A DNA stretch of 64,000 bases, from NCBI GenBank assembly GCA_963835065.1, contig CAWIEK010000049.1, positions 672,001-736,000 of the forward strand, read 5' to 3'. Positions 1 to 9,455 of this stretch are shown in pieces (the stretch's first letter is position 1; the number at the start of each line of letters is the position of its first letter). The notes beneath the pieces are model-generated. The model worked only from the letters and a program-made list of their open reading frames with translations. It made no database searches and was not told the DNA's origin. The position numbers were made by a program, and so were the translations under genes. The DNA comes from an uncultured Chthonomonadaceae bacterium (lineage in GTDB: Bacteria; Armatimonadota; Chthonomonadetes; Chthonomonadales; Chthonomonadaceae).

Positions 1-110
1 GGCATTAGGCATTAGGAAGATACCCGACTACCTTTGTGCTTATAGAAGCATTCAAGATGAGGAGGCATTTTCCTAATGCCTAATGCCTGATGCCTGATGC
101 CTGATGCCTA
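1..110. repeat. Heptamer-arm inverted repeat (GCATTAG)n / (CTAATGC)n with 57-nt core; left arm cut by window edge
   Basis: Arms read directly; the map stop codon at 108-110 lies in the arm. Confidence 0.9.
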
Positions 111-870
111 TTCCTTCGTAAGAATTTGGACGCCACCATCCACGATGGCGACCGTGTGTTCGAAATGCGCGGACAGTTTGCCGTCCGCAGTCACGATGGT
201 CCAGCCATCGTCATGGTACTTGATATCCTGCTTGCCGACATTGAGCATTGGTTCGATAGCGAACGTCATGCCGCAGCGCAGCAGATCGCCCCGTCCTCGC
301 GCCCCATGATTGGGTACTTGCAGTTCTTCATGCAGTTCCGTGCCGACGCCATGCCCGGTCAGTTCGCGCACAACGGAAAACCCATGCGTTTCCGCGTACT
401 TTTGCACGGCATAACCAATATCACCCGTGCGATTGCCGTTTCGCGCTTTTTCGATACCCTTGTAAAGCGCTTCTTCGGTTACTCTCAGCAATTTCTCAGC
501 CTGCGGCGAGATTTTGCCGACGCCGAATGTCCACGCGCTGTCAGCCATCCAGCCTTCCAATTCAACGCCACAGTCAACCGTGACAATATCGCCTTCCTGC
601 AATACGCGCCGCCCAGGAACGCCATGCACCACTTCTTCATTGACCGAAATGCACGTCCATGCGGGAAACGGAGGATGCCCGCCCGGCGCGTAACCCAAAA
701 ACGGCGAGGTTCCGCCATGCTCGGAGATAATACGCGCCGCCATATCTTCCAGTTCGCCCGTTGTTATACCCGGAACAGCCGCTGCCCCCGTTGTCCTTCA
801 AAACGCGGTTTACAACCCGTCCGGCAGCGCGCATTTTGGCAATCTGTTTTGGCGACTTCAAAGTGATCAT
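108..870 (-). CDS. map: Type I methionine aminopeptidase, one frameshift near 795 (probably an assembly error)
   Basis: MITLKSPKQIAKMRAAGRVV in one frame joins CISVNEEVVHG, GHGVG..HE, FAIEPM, SAHFEHT in another; follows adk. Confidence 0.93.
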
Positions 871-942
871 AATACTCTATCCAACAATCTTAAATTGAAC
901 ACTGAACATTGTCAACTTCGTAAACCATCCCCAATTCTAAAG

Positions 943-993
943 CCTCCCCTCTCCTGGCGCGTTGCGCGGCAAGGAGAGGGGCCGGGGGTGAGG
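943..993. repeat. REP-like hairpin CCCCTCTCC...GGAGAGGGG-CCGGGGGTGAGG
   Basis: Inverted repeat between adk and map; a similar motif occurs near 33601-33642. Confidence 0.55.
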
Positions 994-1002
994 TCAAAAC
1001 CG

Positions 1003-1659
1003 CTATTTCCCCTGCTTGTTCAGAATAGCGACAACCGTACTGAACACGGTTTCCGGCGCGGCATCGGCGTCAATGGTGTACAGCATGTTGCGCTCACGAT
1101 AGTACGTTACTAAGGGCGCGGTCTTTTCCGCGTACACTTCCAGACGGCGCTGTACCACATCCGGGTCATCATCGGGCCTGCGTTCAAGGGGCGTACCGCA
1201 CAAATCGCACAATCCGGCAATTAGGGGCGGCTGCAATTCTACGTGATAGGTAGAGCCGTCGCGGGGACATACCCGCCGCCCGCTGAACCGTTTCACAATA
1301 TCTACAATGGGCGCTTCAAAATCCAACACGCAATTCAGCTTGCGCTCCTGCTCGGCCAGCATGGTTTCCAGAGATTCGGCCTGCGGAATGGTGCGCGGAA
1401 AGCCATCGAGCAAAAAGCCCTGCGCGCAATCCGGTTCCCCGGTTCGCGCCTTGACCGCCTGTATCACCACGTCGTCAGGGACATACTCGCCCTTCTCAAT
1501 CTTATACCGTTGAATCACGCGGCCTAGTTCCGTGCCACGCGCAACGGCGTCCCGAAACATGGCTCCCGTAGAAATGGTAGGCACACCGTAGTGGATCGAA
1601 ATTCGCCCACCCTGCGTCCCTTTGCCCACTCCCGGCGGTCCGAGCAGTATCACGATCAT
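1003..1659 (-). CDS. adk: Adenylate kinase
   Basis: LLGPPGVGKGTQ P-loop, GFLLDGFPRT, zinc-lid cysteines; position between secY and map. Confidence 0.97.
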   Translation of the reverse strand: MIVILLGPPGVGKGTQGGRISIHYGVPTISTGAMFRDAVARGTELGRVIQRYKIEKGEYVPDDVVIQAVKARTGEPDCAQGFLLDGFPRTIPQAESLETMLAEQERKLNCVLDFEAPIVDIVKRFSGRRVCPRDGSTYHVELQPPLIAGLCDLCGTPLERRPDDDPDVVQRRLEVYAEKTAPLVTYYRERNMLYTIDADAAPETVFSTVVAILNKQGK

Positions 1660-1683
1660 GCGCGTAAGCCCGCCGCTCGCAGA

Positions 1684-1807
1684 AGGAAAAAGGAAAAAGG
1701 AAAAAGGGAAAAGTCAGCCTGCATCAGACGTGTACCATTCTCGATGTGAACAAGGGCATAAGTTTGTTATCGCTCTTCATCCTTTTCCCTTTTCCCTTTT
1801 CCCTTTT
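1684..1807. repeat. Heptamer-arm inverted repeat (GGAAAAA)n / (TTTTCCC)n
   Basis: Between the secY stop and the adk start. Confidence 0.8.
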
Positions 1808-1811
1808 ACGA

Positions 1812-3122
1812 CTACTCCTCTGTCTTGGTCTTGATGAAGCCTTCGTAATTGCGCATCAGCAACTGCGCTTCGATGGCCTGCATGGTTTCAATCGCCACGC
1901 CCACGATAATCAGCAGCGACGTGCCGCCGACGAGGGTAACGCTTGTAAACTTGGTCGCGCTTGGAATAATGTACTGCGTCAGCGCGATCAGGGCGAGGAA
2001 CACCGCGCCCGCAAGCGTAATGCGCGAGATCACGCGATCCAGATATTCGTATGTCGGCGTTCCCGGACGGATGCCCGGAATGTAGTTGCCGTACTTCTTC
2101 AGGTTGTCCGCCATTTCCTGCACGTTCATCACAATGGCCGTGTAGAAATAGGTAAACACGATGACAAGCAGGGCGTACAGCGCCGTCGCGTACCAGGTCG
2201 CGCCCGGACTCAGGTTCTGCATCACCATTTTCAGCGAACCATAAAAGCCCGGCTCGCCCGCCTGCCCCGGCAGCAGATTGACCAGTGTGGCAGGGAACAG
2301 CATCAGCGAAATGGCAAAGATGATCGGGATAACGCCCGCCGAGTTCACTTTGATCGGCAGATACGACGTTCCCGCCTGTGTTTGCCGCATCCCGATAACC
2401 CGCTTGGTATGGTGAATGGGAATTCGCCGCGTACCCTGCGTCACGTAAACAACCGCCAGAACGGTCAAGAAGAACGCCGCGAACAGGAAGATCAGGTTGA
2501 ACCAGGGCACGGTATGGTTGGTAATCTGAGCAATCACCAGATTGGCCTGCCCGCGCAGACTGAGCAGAATACCCGCAAAAATCAGCAGCGAAATGCCGTT
2601 GCCGACACCCTTTTGCGTCACCTGCTCACCGAGCCACAGCAGGAAACTCGCGCCCGCTACCAGCGAAACCACGAGCATCAGCCGATCTCCCAGGGAGAAC
2701 GGGTGTCCCAAACGCGCAAACAGGAACGTCAGCCCGAACGCCTGCACGATTGCCAGGATCACGGTGATGTTGCGCGTGATTTTGGCGATTTGCTTGCGGC
2801 CCGACTCGCCTTCCTTTTGCATCGCGTCCAGCTGCGGAATAGCGATAGTCATCATCTGCATGATGATGGAACTGTTGATGTACGGCTGCAATCCCAAAGC
2901 GAAGACAGACATGCGCTTGAGCGCGCCGCCGGAAAAAACGTCAATCAATCCCAGCAGGTTGCCCGAGTTGGCTTGCAGCAGTTTCGCCAGTTTTTCCGGG
3001 TCGCGGATGCCGGGCGCGGGAATATGCGCTCCCAACGCGAACAGCGCCAACATTCCTAAAACGAACAGAATGCGCCGCTTCAGCTCCGGGATCGCCAGCG
3101 CCCGCTGCATTGCCTGTAACAT
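1812..3122 (-). CDS. secY: Preprotein translocase SecY
   Basis: SVFALGLQPYI, GVGNGISLLIFAGI, LPIKVNSAGVIPIIFA, IPGIRPG, GGTSLLIIVGV. Confidence 0.98.
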   Translation of the reverse strand: MLQAMQRALAIPELKRRILFVLGMLALFALGAHIPAPGIRDPEKLAKLLQANSGNLLGLIDVFSGGALKRMSVFALGLQPYINSSIIMQMMTIAIPQLDAMQKEGESGRKQIAKITRNITVILAIVQAFGLTFLFARLGHPFSLGDRLMLVVSLVAGASFLLWLGEQVTQKGVGNGISLLIFAGILLSLRGQANLVIAQITNHTVPWFNLIFLFAAFFLTVLAVVYVTQGTRRIPIHHTKRVIGMRQTQAGTSYLPIKVNSAGVIPIIFAISLMLFPATLVNLLPGQAGEPGFYGSLKMVMQNLSPGATWYATALYALLVIVFTYFYTAIVMNVQEMADNLKKYGNYIPGIRPGTPTYEYLDRVISRITLAGAVFLALIALTQYIIPSATKFTSVTLVGGTSLLIIVGVAIETMQAIEAQLLMRNYEGFIKTKTEE

Positions 3123-3126
3123 GGTC

Positions 3127-3591
3127 TTACTTTTTCCTCTCTGGTGCCAGCACGATTACTGTGCCGCCCGCCGCCGTCAGCTTTTCCTGCGCGGTTTCGC
3201 TGAACTTGTGCGCTCGCACGGTAAACTTCTTGGACACTTCGCCGTTGCCCAGGATTTTCAGGCCGTCGTGAATGTCGCGCAGAATGCCGCTTGCCAGCAA
3301 TGCTTCCGGCGTCACTTCCGCGCCCTCATCGAAGCGCTCCTGCAGGGTGTCAACGTTCACCAGCGCGTATATCTTTTTGTTGACGGGCTTGAACCCGCGC
3401 AACTGCGGCAAGCGGCGGTGCAGGGGTGTCTGCCCGCCTTCAAAGTTAGGGTTGATCTGTCCGCGCGCTTTGTTACCCTTGTGGCCGCGCGTGGAGGTTT
3501 TGCCGTGTCCCGATCCGATGCCGCGCCCGATGCGCTTGCGCCGGTGGGTGGAGCCGTCGGCAGGTTTCAGAGTATGCAATCCGATAGGCAT
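3127..3591 (-). CDS. rplO: 50S ribosomal protein L15
   Basis: RIGRGIGSGHGKTSTRGHKG, FEGGQTPLHRRLP. Confidence 0.98.
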   Translation of the reverse strand: MPIGLHTLKPADGSTHRRKRIGRGIGSGHGKTSTRGHKGNKARGQINPNFEGGQTPLHRRLPQLRGFKPVNKKIYALVNVDTLQERFDEGAEVTPEALLASGILRDIHDGLKILGNGEVSKKFTVRAHKFSETAQEKLTAAGGTVIVLAPERKK

Positions 3592-3708
3592 TGTAGGTTC
3601 CTATATAAAAACGAAGATGCCTGCGGATCGGCTTTAGGACGTATTATACCTAAAACGAAGCCAATCCGCAAACAGTTTCAGAAAATAGTGGCTGGTGGCT
3701 AGTAGCTA

Positions 3709-3900
3709 CTACCCACCAACAACCTGTTCCACTTCCACCAGATGCTGGATTTTGTGGACCATGCCGCGAATTACGGCGTTGTCGTCCTGCTCCACTGTCT
3801 GGTTGATTTTCTTCAGGCCCAGGCCTTTGGCCGTTGCGCCCTGCGATTTGTCGTAGCCGATGGGGCTGCGCTTCAGCGTGATTTTCAGTTTAGCCGACAT
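3709..3900 (-). CDS. rpmD: 50S ribosomal protein L30
   Basis: [33 protein letters not shown]. Confidence 0.97.
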   Translation of the reverse strand: MSAKLKITLKRSPIGYDKSQGATAKGLGLKKINQTVEQDDNAVIRGMVHKIQHLVEVEQVVGG

Positions 3901-4429
3901 GCGTGTTGCCCTCCACTCTGCTCATCCAGGGCATCAGCGCTTCTACCGTCGTGGAACGCAGCCGCGCCACGTCTTCCACGCGCTTCAGCTTCTTCAGCGC
4001 GGACATGGTAGCCCAGCAAATGTTGGTCGCGTTGGACGAGCCGAGGGATTTGCCCAGCACGTCATGGACGCCCGCCAATTCCAGAATGGTACGCATGGAA
4101 CTGCCCGCCACAATGCCGGTTCCCGCCGAGGCCGGCTTGAGCATCACTTCCGCCGCCCCTTCGGACTCGAAAATCTCGTGCGGCAGCGTCCCGGCAATCA
4201 TCGGGATTTCGATGATGTTCTTTTTCGCCGCTTCCACGCCCTTACGGATGGCATCGGGGATCGCCCGCGCTTTGCCAAGCCCCGCGCCGACGTGTCCGTT
4301 ACGGTCGCCCACGATCACCAGGGCGCTCCAGCTCATGTTACGGCCACCCTTGGTGGTCTTCTGGCATTTGTTGGTGCGCACCACGCGCTCTTCCAACTCG
4401 CCCAATTTGTCAGGATTGATTCTCGCCAA
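3890..4429 (-). CDS. rpsE: 30S ribosomal protein S5
   Basis: [35 protein letters not shown]. Confidence 0.98.
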   Translation of the reverse strand: MARINPDKLGELEERVVRTNKCQKTTKGGRNMSWSALVIVGDRNGHVGAGLGKARAIPDAIRKGVEAAKKNIIEIPMIAGTLPHEIFESEGAAEVMLKPASAGTGIVAGSSMRTILELAGVHDVLGKSLGSSNATNICWATMSALKKLKRVEDVARLRSTTVEALMPWMSRVEGNTHVG

Positions 4430-4445
4430 TGGAAACTCCTTGAGG

Positions 4446-4568
4446 AGTAGTCAGTAGTCAGTAGTCAGTAGTCAGTAGAAAACCACTGTTCCTGCCCTGT
4501 GCTGTTATAATCAACAAAGGTAGCCAGTTGCATTTCTACTGACTACTGACTACTGACTACTGACTACT
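4446..4568. repeat. Heptamer-arm inverted repeat (AGTAGTC)n / (GACTACT)n with 57-nt core
   Basis: Core 4479-4535; abuts the rplR stop. Confidence 0.92.
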
Positions 4569-4933
4569 TAAAATTTCAGTCCGCCTTCGCGCGCGCTGTC
4601 GGCGAGCGCCTGGACGCGGCCATGATATTTGTAGCCGCCGCGATCAAAAACGACGGCGGTGACACCTTTTTCCTGCGCGCGCTCGGCGATCAGCTTGCCG
4701 ACGGCTTTAGCCGCTTCCACGTTGCCGCCGGTTTTCAGCGTACTGCGCAGGCCGGCATCCACCGTAGACGCGGTGGCAATGGTATGCCCCGCCACGTCGT
4801 CAATCAACTGCGCGTAGATATGCTGCAAACTGCGCGACACATTGAGGCGCGGACGTTCGGGAGTTCCGGTCACTTTATAGCGCAGGCGCTTGTGGCGCTT
4901 GCGCCGCAGCGCTTCCTTCTCATCAGGTTTCAT
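4568..4933 (-). CDS. rplR: 50S ribosomal protein L18
   Basis: [35 protein letters not shown]; start placed at ATG 4933. Confidence 0.97.
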   Translation of the reverse strand: MKPDEKEALRRKRHKRLRYKVTGTPERPRLNVSRSLQHIYAQLIDDVAGHTIATASTVDAGLRSTLKTGGNVEAAKAVGKLIAERAQEKGVTAVVFDRGGYKYHGRVQALADSAREGGLKF

Positions 4934-4986
4934 AATGGTTGTGTTTTCCTCTGGCGCTGGATTTCCGACCCAACGCTCGGCAGAGT

Positions 4987-5101
4987 CATTAGGCATTAGG
5001 CATTAGGCATTAGGAAAAACGCCTGCCAATCACTATGCTTTCATAAGCATGTAGACAAGAACGGAAGTTCCTAATGCCTAATGCCTAATGCCTAATGCCT
5101 A
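4987..5101. repeat. Heptamer-arm inverted repeat (GCATTAG)n / (CTAATGC)n with 57-nt core
   Basis: Core 5014-5070; the rplF TAG stop is part of the arm. Confidence 0.92.
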
Positions 5102-5674
5102 CTTCTTACCCTTACCGCCCTTGCCGCTGGCCTTGCCTTGCTTGCGGCGCACGGCTTCGCCTTTGTAGCGGATGCCTTTGCCCTTGTAGGGTTCGGGCTT
5201 GCGCAGTTTGCGGATTTCGGCAGCCGTTTGGCCGACGCGCTCTTTGTCAATGCCCGTGATGGTGATGACCGGGTTACGGGATTGCGGGTCGTTGGCGACG
5301 GTGAACGCGATGCCTTCGCGGGGCAGCACTTCAATGGAATGGGAAAAGCCGACGTTGAGCGTCAGGGTTTGCCCGTTGACGGCGGCGCGGAAGCCGACGC
5401 CCTGCACTTCCAACTGGCGCGTATAGCCCGTCGTCACGCCTTCGATCATGTTGGCGACGAGGGTGCGGGTCAGGCCGTGCAGCGCGCGATGCTCTTTGCC
5501 GTCCGTAGGCCGCTCAACGTGCAGGGTGCTGTCTTCCTGCCGCAGCGTGATATCGGGACTGAACTGGCGCGTCAGCGTTCCCTTCGGACCTTTGATGGTC
5601 ACAGTCCCATCTTCGCTCGGCGTAATCGCCACGCCTGCCGGCACGGGAATGGGGCGTTTTCCAATACGAGACAT
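5099..5674 (-). CDS. rplF: 50S ribosomal protein L6
   Basis: MSRIGKRPI, KGPKGTL, RKPEPYKGKGIRY. Confidence 0.98.
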   Translation of the reverse strand: MSRIGKRPIPVPAGVAITPSEDGTVTIKGPKGTLTRQFSPDITLRQEDSTLHVERPTDGKEHRALHGLTRTLVANMIEGVTTGYTRQLEVQGVGFRAAVNGQTLTLNVGFSHSIEVLPREGIAFTVANDPQSRNPVITITGIDKERVGQTAAEIRKLRKPEPYKGKGIRYKGEAVRRKQGKASGKGGKGKK

Positions 5675-5686
5675 GGATGAACTCCA

Positions 5687-5808
5687 AGTAGTCAGTAGTC
5701 AGTAGTCAGTAGTCAGTAGAACACTGCTGTTCGCGCTTCCTGCCGTAAGTGACAGCAAAGACTTTCCGTTGCATTTCTACTGACTACTGACTACTGACTA
5801 CTGACTAC
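5687..5808. repeat. Heptamer-arm inverted repeat (AGTAGTC)n / (GACTACT)n with 57-nt core
   Basis: Core 5720-5776; between rpsH and rplF. Confidence 0.92.
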
Positions 5809-5811
5809 CTC

Positions 5812-6213
5812 CTAATACACATAGCAAAGAATTTCGCCGCCGACGCCGCGCTTGCGGGCTTCGCGGTCGGTCATCACGCCCTGCGACGTGGATAGGACGG
5901 CAATGCCCAGGCCGCGCAGAACGCGGGGCACGTTGTCCTTGTTGCAGTACACGCGCAGGCCGGGCTTGCTGATGCGCTTCAGTTGGGTAATCACCTTTTC
6001 GCGCTTGGAGCCGTACTTGAGCGTGATTTTAATCTTGTCCTGGGGAGCCTGCTTGATCACGTCGTAACCCTTGAGGAAGCCTTCGGCGACCAGGATTTTG
6101 ACGATTTCGATCTTCAAATTGGAAGAGGAAATTTCCAGCGAATCGTGGTTGGCGCGATTCGAGTTGCGGATACGGGTCAGCAAGTCGGCGACAGGATCGG
6201 TTGTATAAGCCAT
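5812..6213 (-). CDS. rpsH: 30S ribosomal protein S8
   Basis: TDPVADLLTRIRN, RISKPGLRVY, GLGIAVLSTSQG. Confidence 0.98.
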   Translation of the reverse strand: MAYTTDPVADLLTRIRNSNRANHDSLEISSSNLKIEIVKILVAEGFLKGYDVIKQAPQDKIKITLKYGSKREKVITQLKRISKPGLRVYCNKDNVPRVLRGLGIAVLSTSQGVMTDREARKRGVGGEILCYVY

Positions 6214-6233
6214 TTAGAGAACTCTCCTTTCCT

Positions 6234-6419
6234 TTACCAGCTCGACTTGGTGACGCCCGGAATCAGTCCTTTGTGCGACATTTCCCGGAAACAGATGCGG
6301 CACAATCCAAAGCGGCGGAACACGCCGCGCGAGCGTCCGCAGACGTTGCAGCGTGTATAAGCGCGCACCGCGAACTTGGGCTTGCGCTTGCACTTTTCAA
6401 TCAAGGCTTGTTTTGCCAA
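6234..6419 (-). CDS. rpsN: 30S ribosomal protein S14, short zinc-binding type
   Basis: 61 aa from TTG 6419 with GGAG SD; RCNVCGR...[17 protein letters not shown]. Confidence 0.97.
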   Translation of the reverse strand: MAKQALIEKCKRKPKFAVRAYTRCNVCGRSRGVFRRFGLCRICFREMSHKGLIPGVTKSSW

Positions 6420-6446
6420 TACGACACTCCTTCGATGTCTTGAAGG

Positions 6447-6569
6447 AGTAGTCAGTAGCCAGTAGTCAGTAGTCAGTAGAAAACCCATTCCTTCAAGCCA
6501 CTACTGCTATGCAAAGCGTCGAGCAGGCAGGCATTTCTACTGACTACTGACTACTGGCTACTGACTACT
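6447..6569. repeat. Heptamer-arm inverted repeat (AGTAGTC)n / (GACTACT)n with 57-nt core
   Basis: Core 6480-6536; upstream of rpsN. Confidence 0.92.
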
Positions 6570-6762
6570 TCCTCAGCCAAGAATTTGCAGGTCGAAAAAC
6601 GATCCTGCGCCGCGCTCCTTCTTGTGGTTCGCGACCGTGTTCGGTTTCTTTCAATCCTCATCCGGTCTTGCAGCCGGATGCAACGGGTTCAGGCCGTCTC
6701 ACGACGTTGCGCCACATTGCGGAGACGGCAAAAAGGGCACAGCCATTGTAAGAGGCCGATGA

Positions 6763-6773
6763 AGTATACCACA
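6763..6773 (-). promoter_or_regulatory. Putative extended -10 promoter for the rpsN-map operon
   Basis: TGTGGTATACT on the minus strand (TGnTATACT); no clear -35. Confidence 0.5.
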
Positions 6774-6923
6774 ATTCGTAGGTCTATGGATAGAGTAATC
6801 ATAATTTCCTCTCGCGTCATACTCCGCAGGTTCTTTCTATGGCGGGCGGCAAGCGCTAAATCAGGCAGGAAACAGGCGGCCTCATAAGGAAAACGGCGCA
6901 ACCTTACCCACGACAGGACGCCC

Positions 6924-7756
6924 ATGCCCAACGCTTTTTTGCTCACGCTCCGCCGCCTGAATGACGCGCCCCTGCCTGCCAACACAGGGGATGTGGTTCA
7001 CGCCGCCTTTTACGACCTGCTGGCGCGCTGCGATGCCGGCCTGACCGAACGCCTGCATGACGCCAACGTCCGCAAGCCGTTCCCGCCTGCCTATGCTGCC
7101 GACCCGCCACCCCACCCAAGCCCAACCCGAATTCCTCAATCCAAAATCGAAAATCGAAAATCGAAAATCCAGACTGTGCCCTGCGCATCACTCTGCTGGA
7201 CGAAGAATTGTTCGCGCCGTTTGTGGACGGCTTGCTGCGGCAGGCCGGGACTGCGCCGCTGCGCCTGGGAAGCGCGCGGTACGCGCTCGACACGCTGCTT
7301 ACCACGTCCGCCCTCCACCCCGCAGCCGGCAGCGCCTCCTTCGCCGATTTGTGGACAGAAACGCCGCCCGCCGACGCGCTTCCCCTGAGTTTTGTCACGC
7401 CCACCGCGTTCCGTTCCCATGACCGCGATGTTTGCTGGCCCGATTCGCGCCTGTTGTGGCAATCCTGGGCGCGCGCCTGGAACGCCCATGCTCCCCCTGC
7501 CGTTCCGCAGATTGCCGAAGACCTTTTGCTTGCAGCGGCAGATCGCATCCGCCTGGGCGCGTATCATCTCCAAACCCGCAAAGCGCGCCTGCAAGGCGTG
7601 GCGCAAACCGGATTTATCGGGGAGTGCCGATTTGAACTGGGCGATCTGACGGACGCGGAGCGTCACATTGCCCGTGTGCTGGCCGAGTTCGCCTTCTACG
7701 CCGGAACCGGCCGCAAAACGGGCATGGGGATGGGGCAAACGCGGGTGAGGGGTTAG
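6924..7756 (+). CDS. cas6: CRISPR-associated endoribonuclease Cas6, frameshifted around a heptamer insert
   Basis: HAAFYDLL..LHD..RKPF N-terminus; LRITLLDEELF, FVTPTAF, GFIG and the G-rich loop AEFAFYAGTGRKTGMGMGQ in a second frame. Confidence 0.9.
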
Positions 7757-7831
7757 GGTTCAGGTTTCAGGTTTCAGGTTTCAGGGGTGATGCTTGTTTG
7801 CTATGAACTTTGACAGGGAACGGGGAAAGGC

Positions 7832-8210
7832 ATGATTATTGTGAATTTTGCGCATCCGCTGACGGTGGAACAGCGCGCGGAGGTGGAACGGCAAAGCGGG
7901 CAGGCGGTGGAGCGCGTGATTGACGTGAAAACGCAGTTCGACGCGGCGCAGCCCTATGCAGAGCAGGCGCAAATGCTGCCGGAAGCGACCGGCCTGACAA
8001 CGGAGGAGTGGCAAACGCTGCCCCTGCTGGTCAGCCTGCCGAGTTTCAACGCGATTGCCGCGCTGCTGCTGGCGGAACTGCACGGGCGCTGTGGCTATTT
8101 CCCCGCCATCCTCCGGCGCGCCCGTTCCCAACGCGCTTCCGCCCCGCTTTGAAGTGGCGGAAATCATCAGCCTGCAAACCGTCCGTGACAAGTCTCGGGA
8201 ACAGCGATGA
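7832..8210 (+). CDS. csx15: CRISPR-associated Csx15-like protein (candidate ring nuclease), frameshift near 8115
   Basis: IVNFAHPLT, WQTLPLLVSLP, LLAELHGRCGYFPAILR; tail PPRFEVAEIISLQTVRD continues in another frame to TGA 8208-8210. Confidence 0.75.
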
Positions 8211-8323
8211 AAACCAATATACTACATTTTGTGAATATATGTTACAATAGGTTCACAAACAAACGAGGAATAGCCGAACAGGAAGGCAACAAGCCCAATC
8301 TTGAGTTCTTATAGGAGTAACAA

Positions 8324-9088
8324 ATGATACGCAAGACACAGTTATCCGCTGGTAGCAACGAACGTTTTCAGCCGAAGTGATTAGTACTTTATGTCGGCAG
8401 TCTGGCGCTGTCCATACTGGGCAATGCAATTTACGGACTGCTCACCAACTGGTTTGGCGCAAACAGTTTAGCTTTGTTTGGAATTGCGTTTGGCATGGCA
8501 CTGGTTCTAGGTTTCAGCGCTTGGACACTGACGCGCCTTCTGCGCCGTGGAAACCATTCCGCCGTAATCGGCAAACGTCCGCCACGAGCGCGCGTCGGGT
8601 TGATTGTACTGGTAAGTAACAACCTGGAGGCATTGCGGAAAGCTATCGAATGGCACGGCGAGGAACTGAAAAACTGCTGGCTGATTTGTTCTCCTCTTTC
8701 AGCTCCAAATGCGCGAATTCTGGAAGAGGAATTGGTTGCGCAAGGCAAGGATGCGTGTCTGGAGTTAGTAAATGACGTGTATGATCCTATCAAATTTCTG
8801 GAGAAGGTTACAGAAATCAGCAAGCGAGCGACTACAGCCAACATTAATCCTGATGACCTTATCCTGGATTTTACAGGCATGACCTCAATTGCATCCGTAG
8901 GTTGCGTGTTGGCATGTTTGCAAACACACCTTCCGCTGCAATATACACCCGCCGTATCCAATCCGAACATGAAGGCTTTAATACCGCTTGATCCTATGGA
9001 AATTACGCTGGACTACAGCATACAGCCTCTCCATTCGCAAGCAGTCGTCGCATCTAATCGGACGCCTCCTGCTATGACCCCCCATTAG
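8324..9088 (+). CDS. Two-TM plus CARF-domain protein (Cam1-like); in-frame TGA at 8378-8380
   Basis: AGGAG SD then ATG 8324; two hydrophobic helices; GLIVLVS...CWLICS...LILDFTGMTSIASVG resembles the CARF DxTGGxK motif. Confidence 0.7.
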
Positions 9089-9130
9089 CCGCGCCTGTGA
9101 AGCGTTTGATCTGTACAGGGAACGATTGTC

Positions 9131-9415
9131 ATGCTGACTTGGTTTCGGATAATCGCTTATGACATTGCCTGTGACCGCCGCCGCAGGCAAATGCAGCAAT
9201 TGGCGCAGTCCGTTGCCGAGCGAGTGCAGGACAGCGTATTCGAGGGCTGGCTTTCGGATCGGGAGGTCGCAGATCTCCTGCGCCGGGCGCGGCCCTTGAT
9301 TGAGCCTGCAACCGACTCGCTGCGCATCTACCTTCTGTGCGAGTCGTGCCGGGAACAAGCGCATTGTCTGGGCGCGCCCATAACGCCCCCGCCGCCCGAC
9401 GACATTCTGACGTGA
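9131..9415 (+). CDS. cas2: CRISPR-associated endonuclease Cas2
   Basis: IIAYDIACDRRR, RVQDSVFEG, DSLRIYLLC. Confidence 0.95.
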   Translation: MLTWFRIIAYDIACDRRRRQMQQLAQSVAERVQDSVFEGWLSDREVADLLRRARPLIEPATDSLRIYLLCESCREQAHCLGAPITPPPPDDILT

Positions 9416-9455
9416 AAAAGACAGGATTTTGTCTTCCCGATTCCGTATTCCTGCC

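Noticed and set aside
108..870. map as a pseudogene or programmed frameshift
   Set aside because: A single extra base in a normally essential gene with no slippery site; similar indels at 33235, 39200-39500 and 53390 point to assembly error.
126..5705. Long plus-strand ORFs over the spc operon
   Set aside because: Antisense shadows of GC3-biased ribosomal genes.
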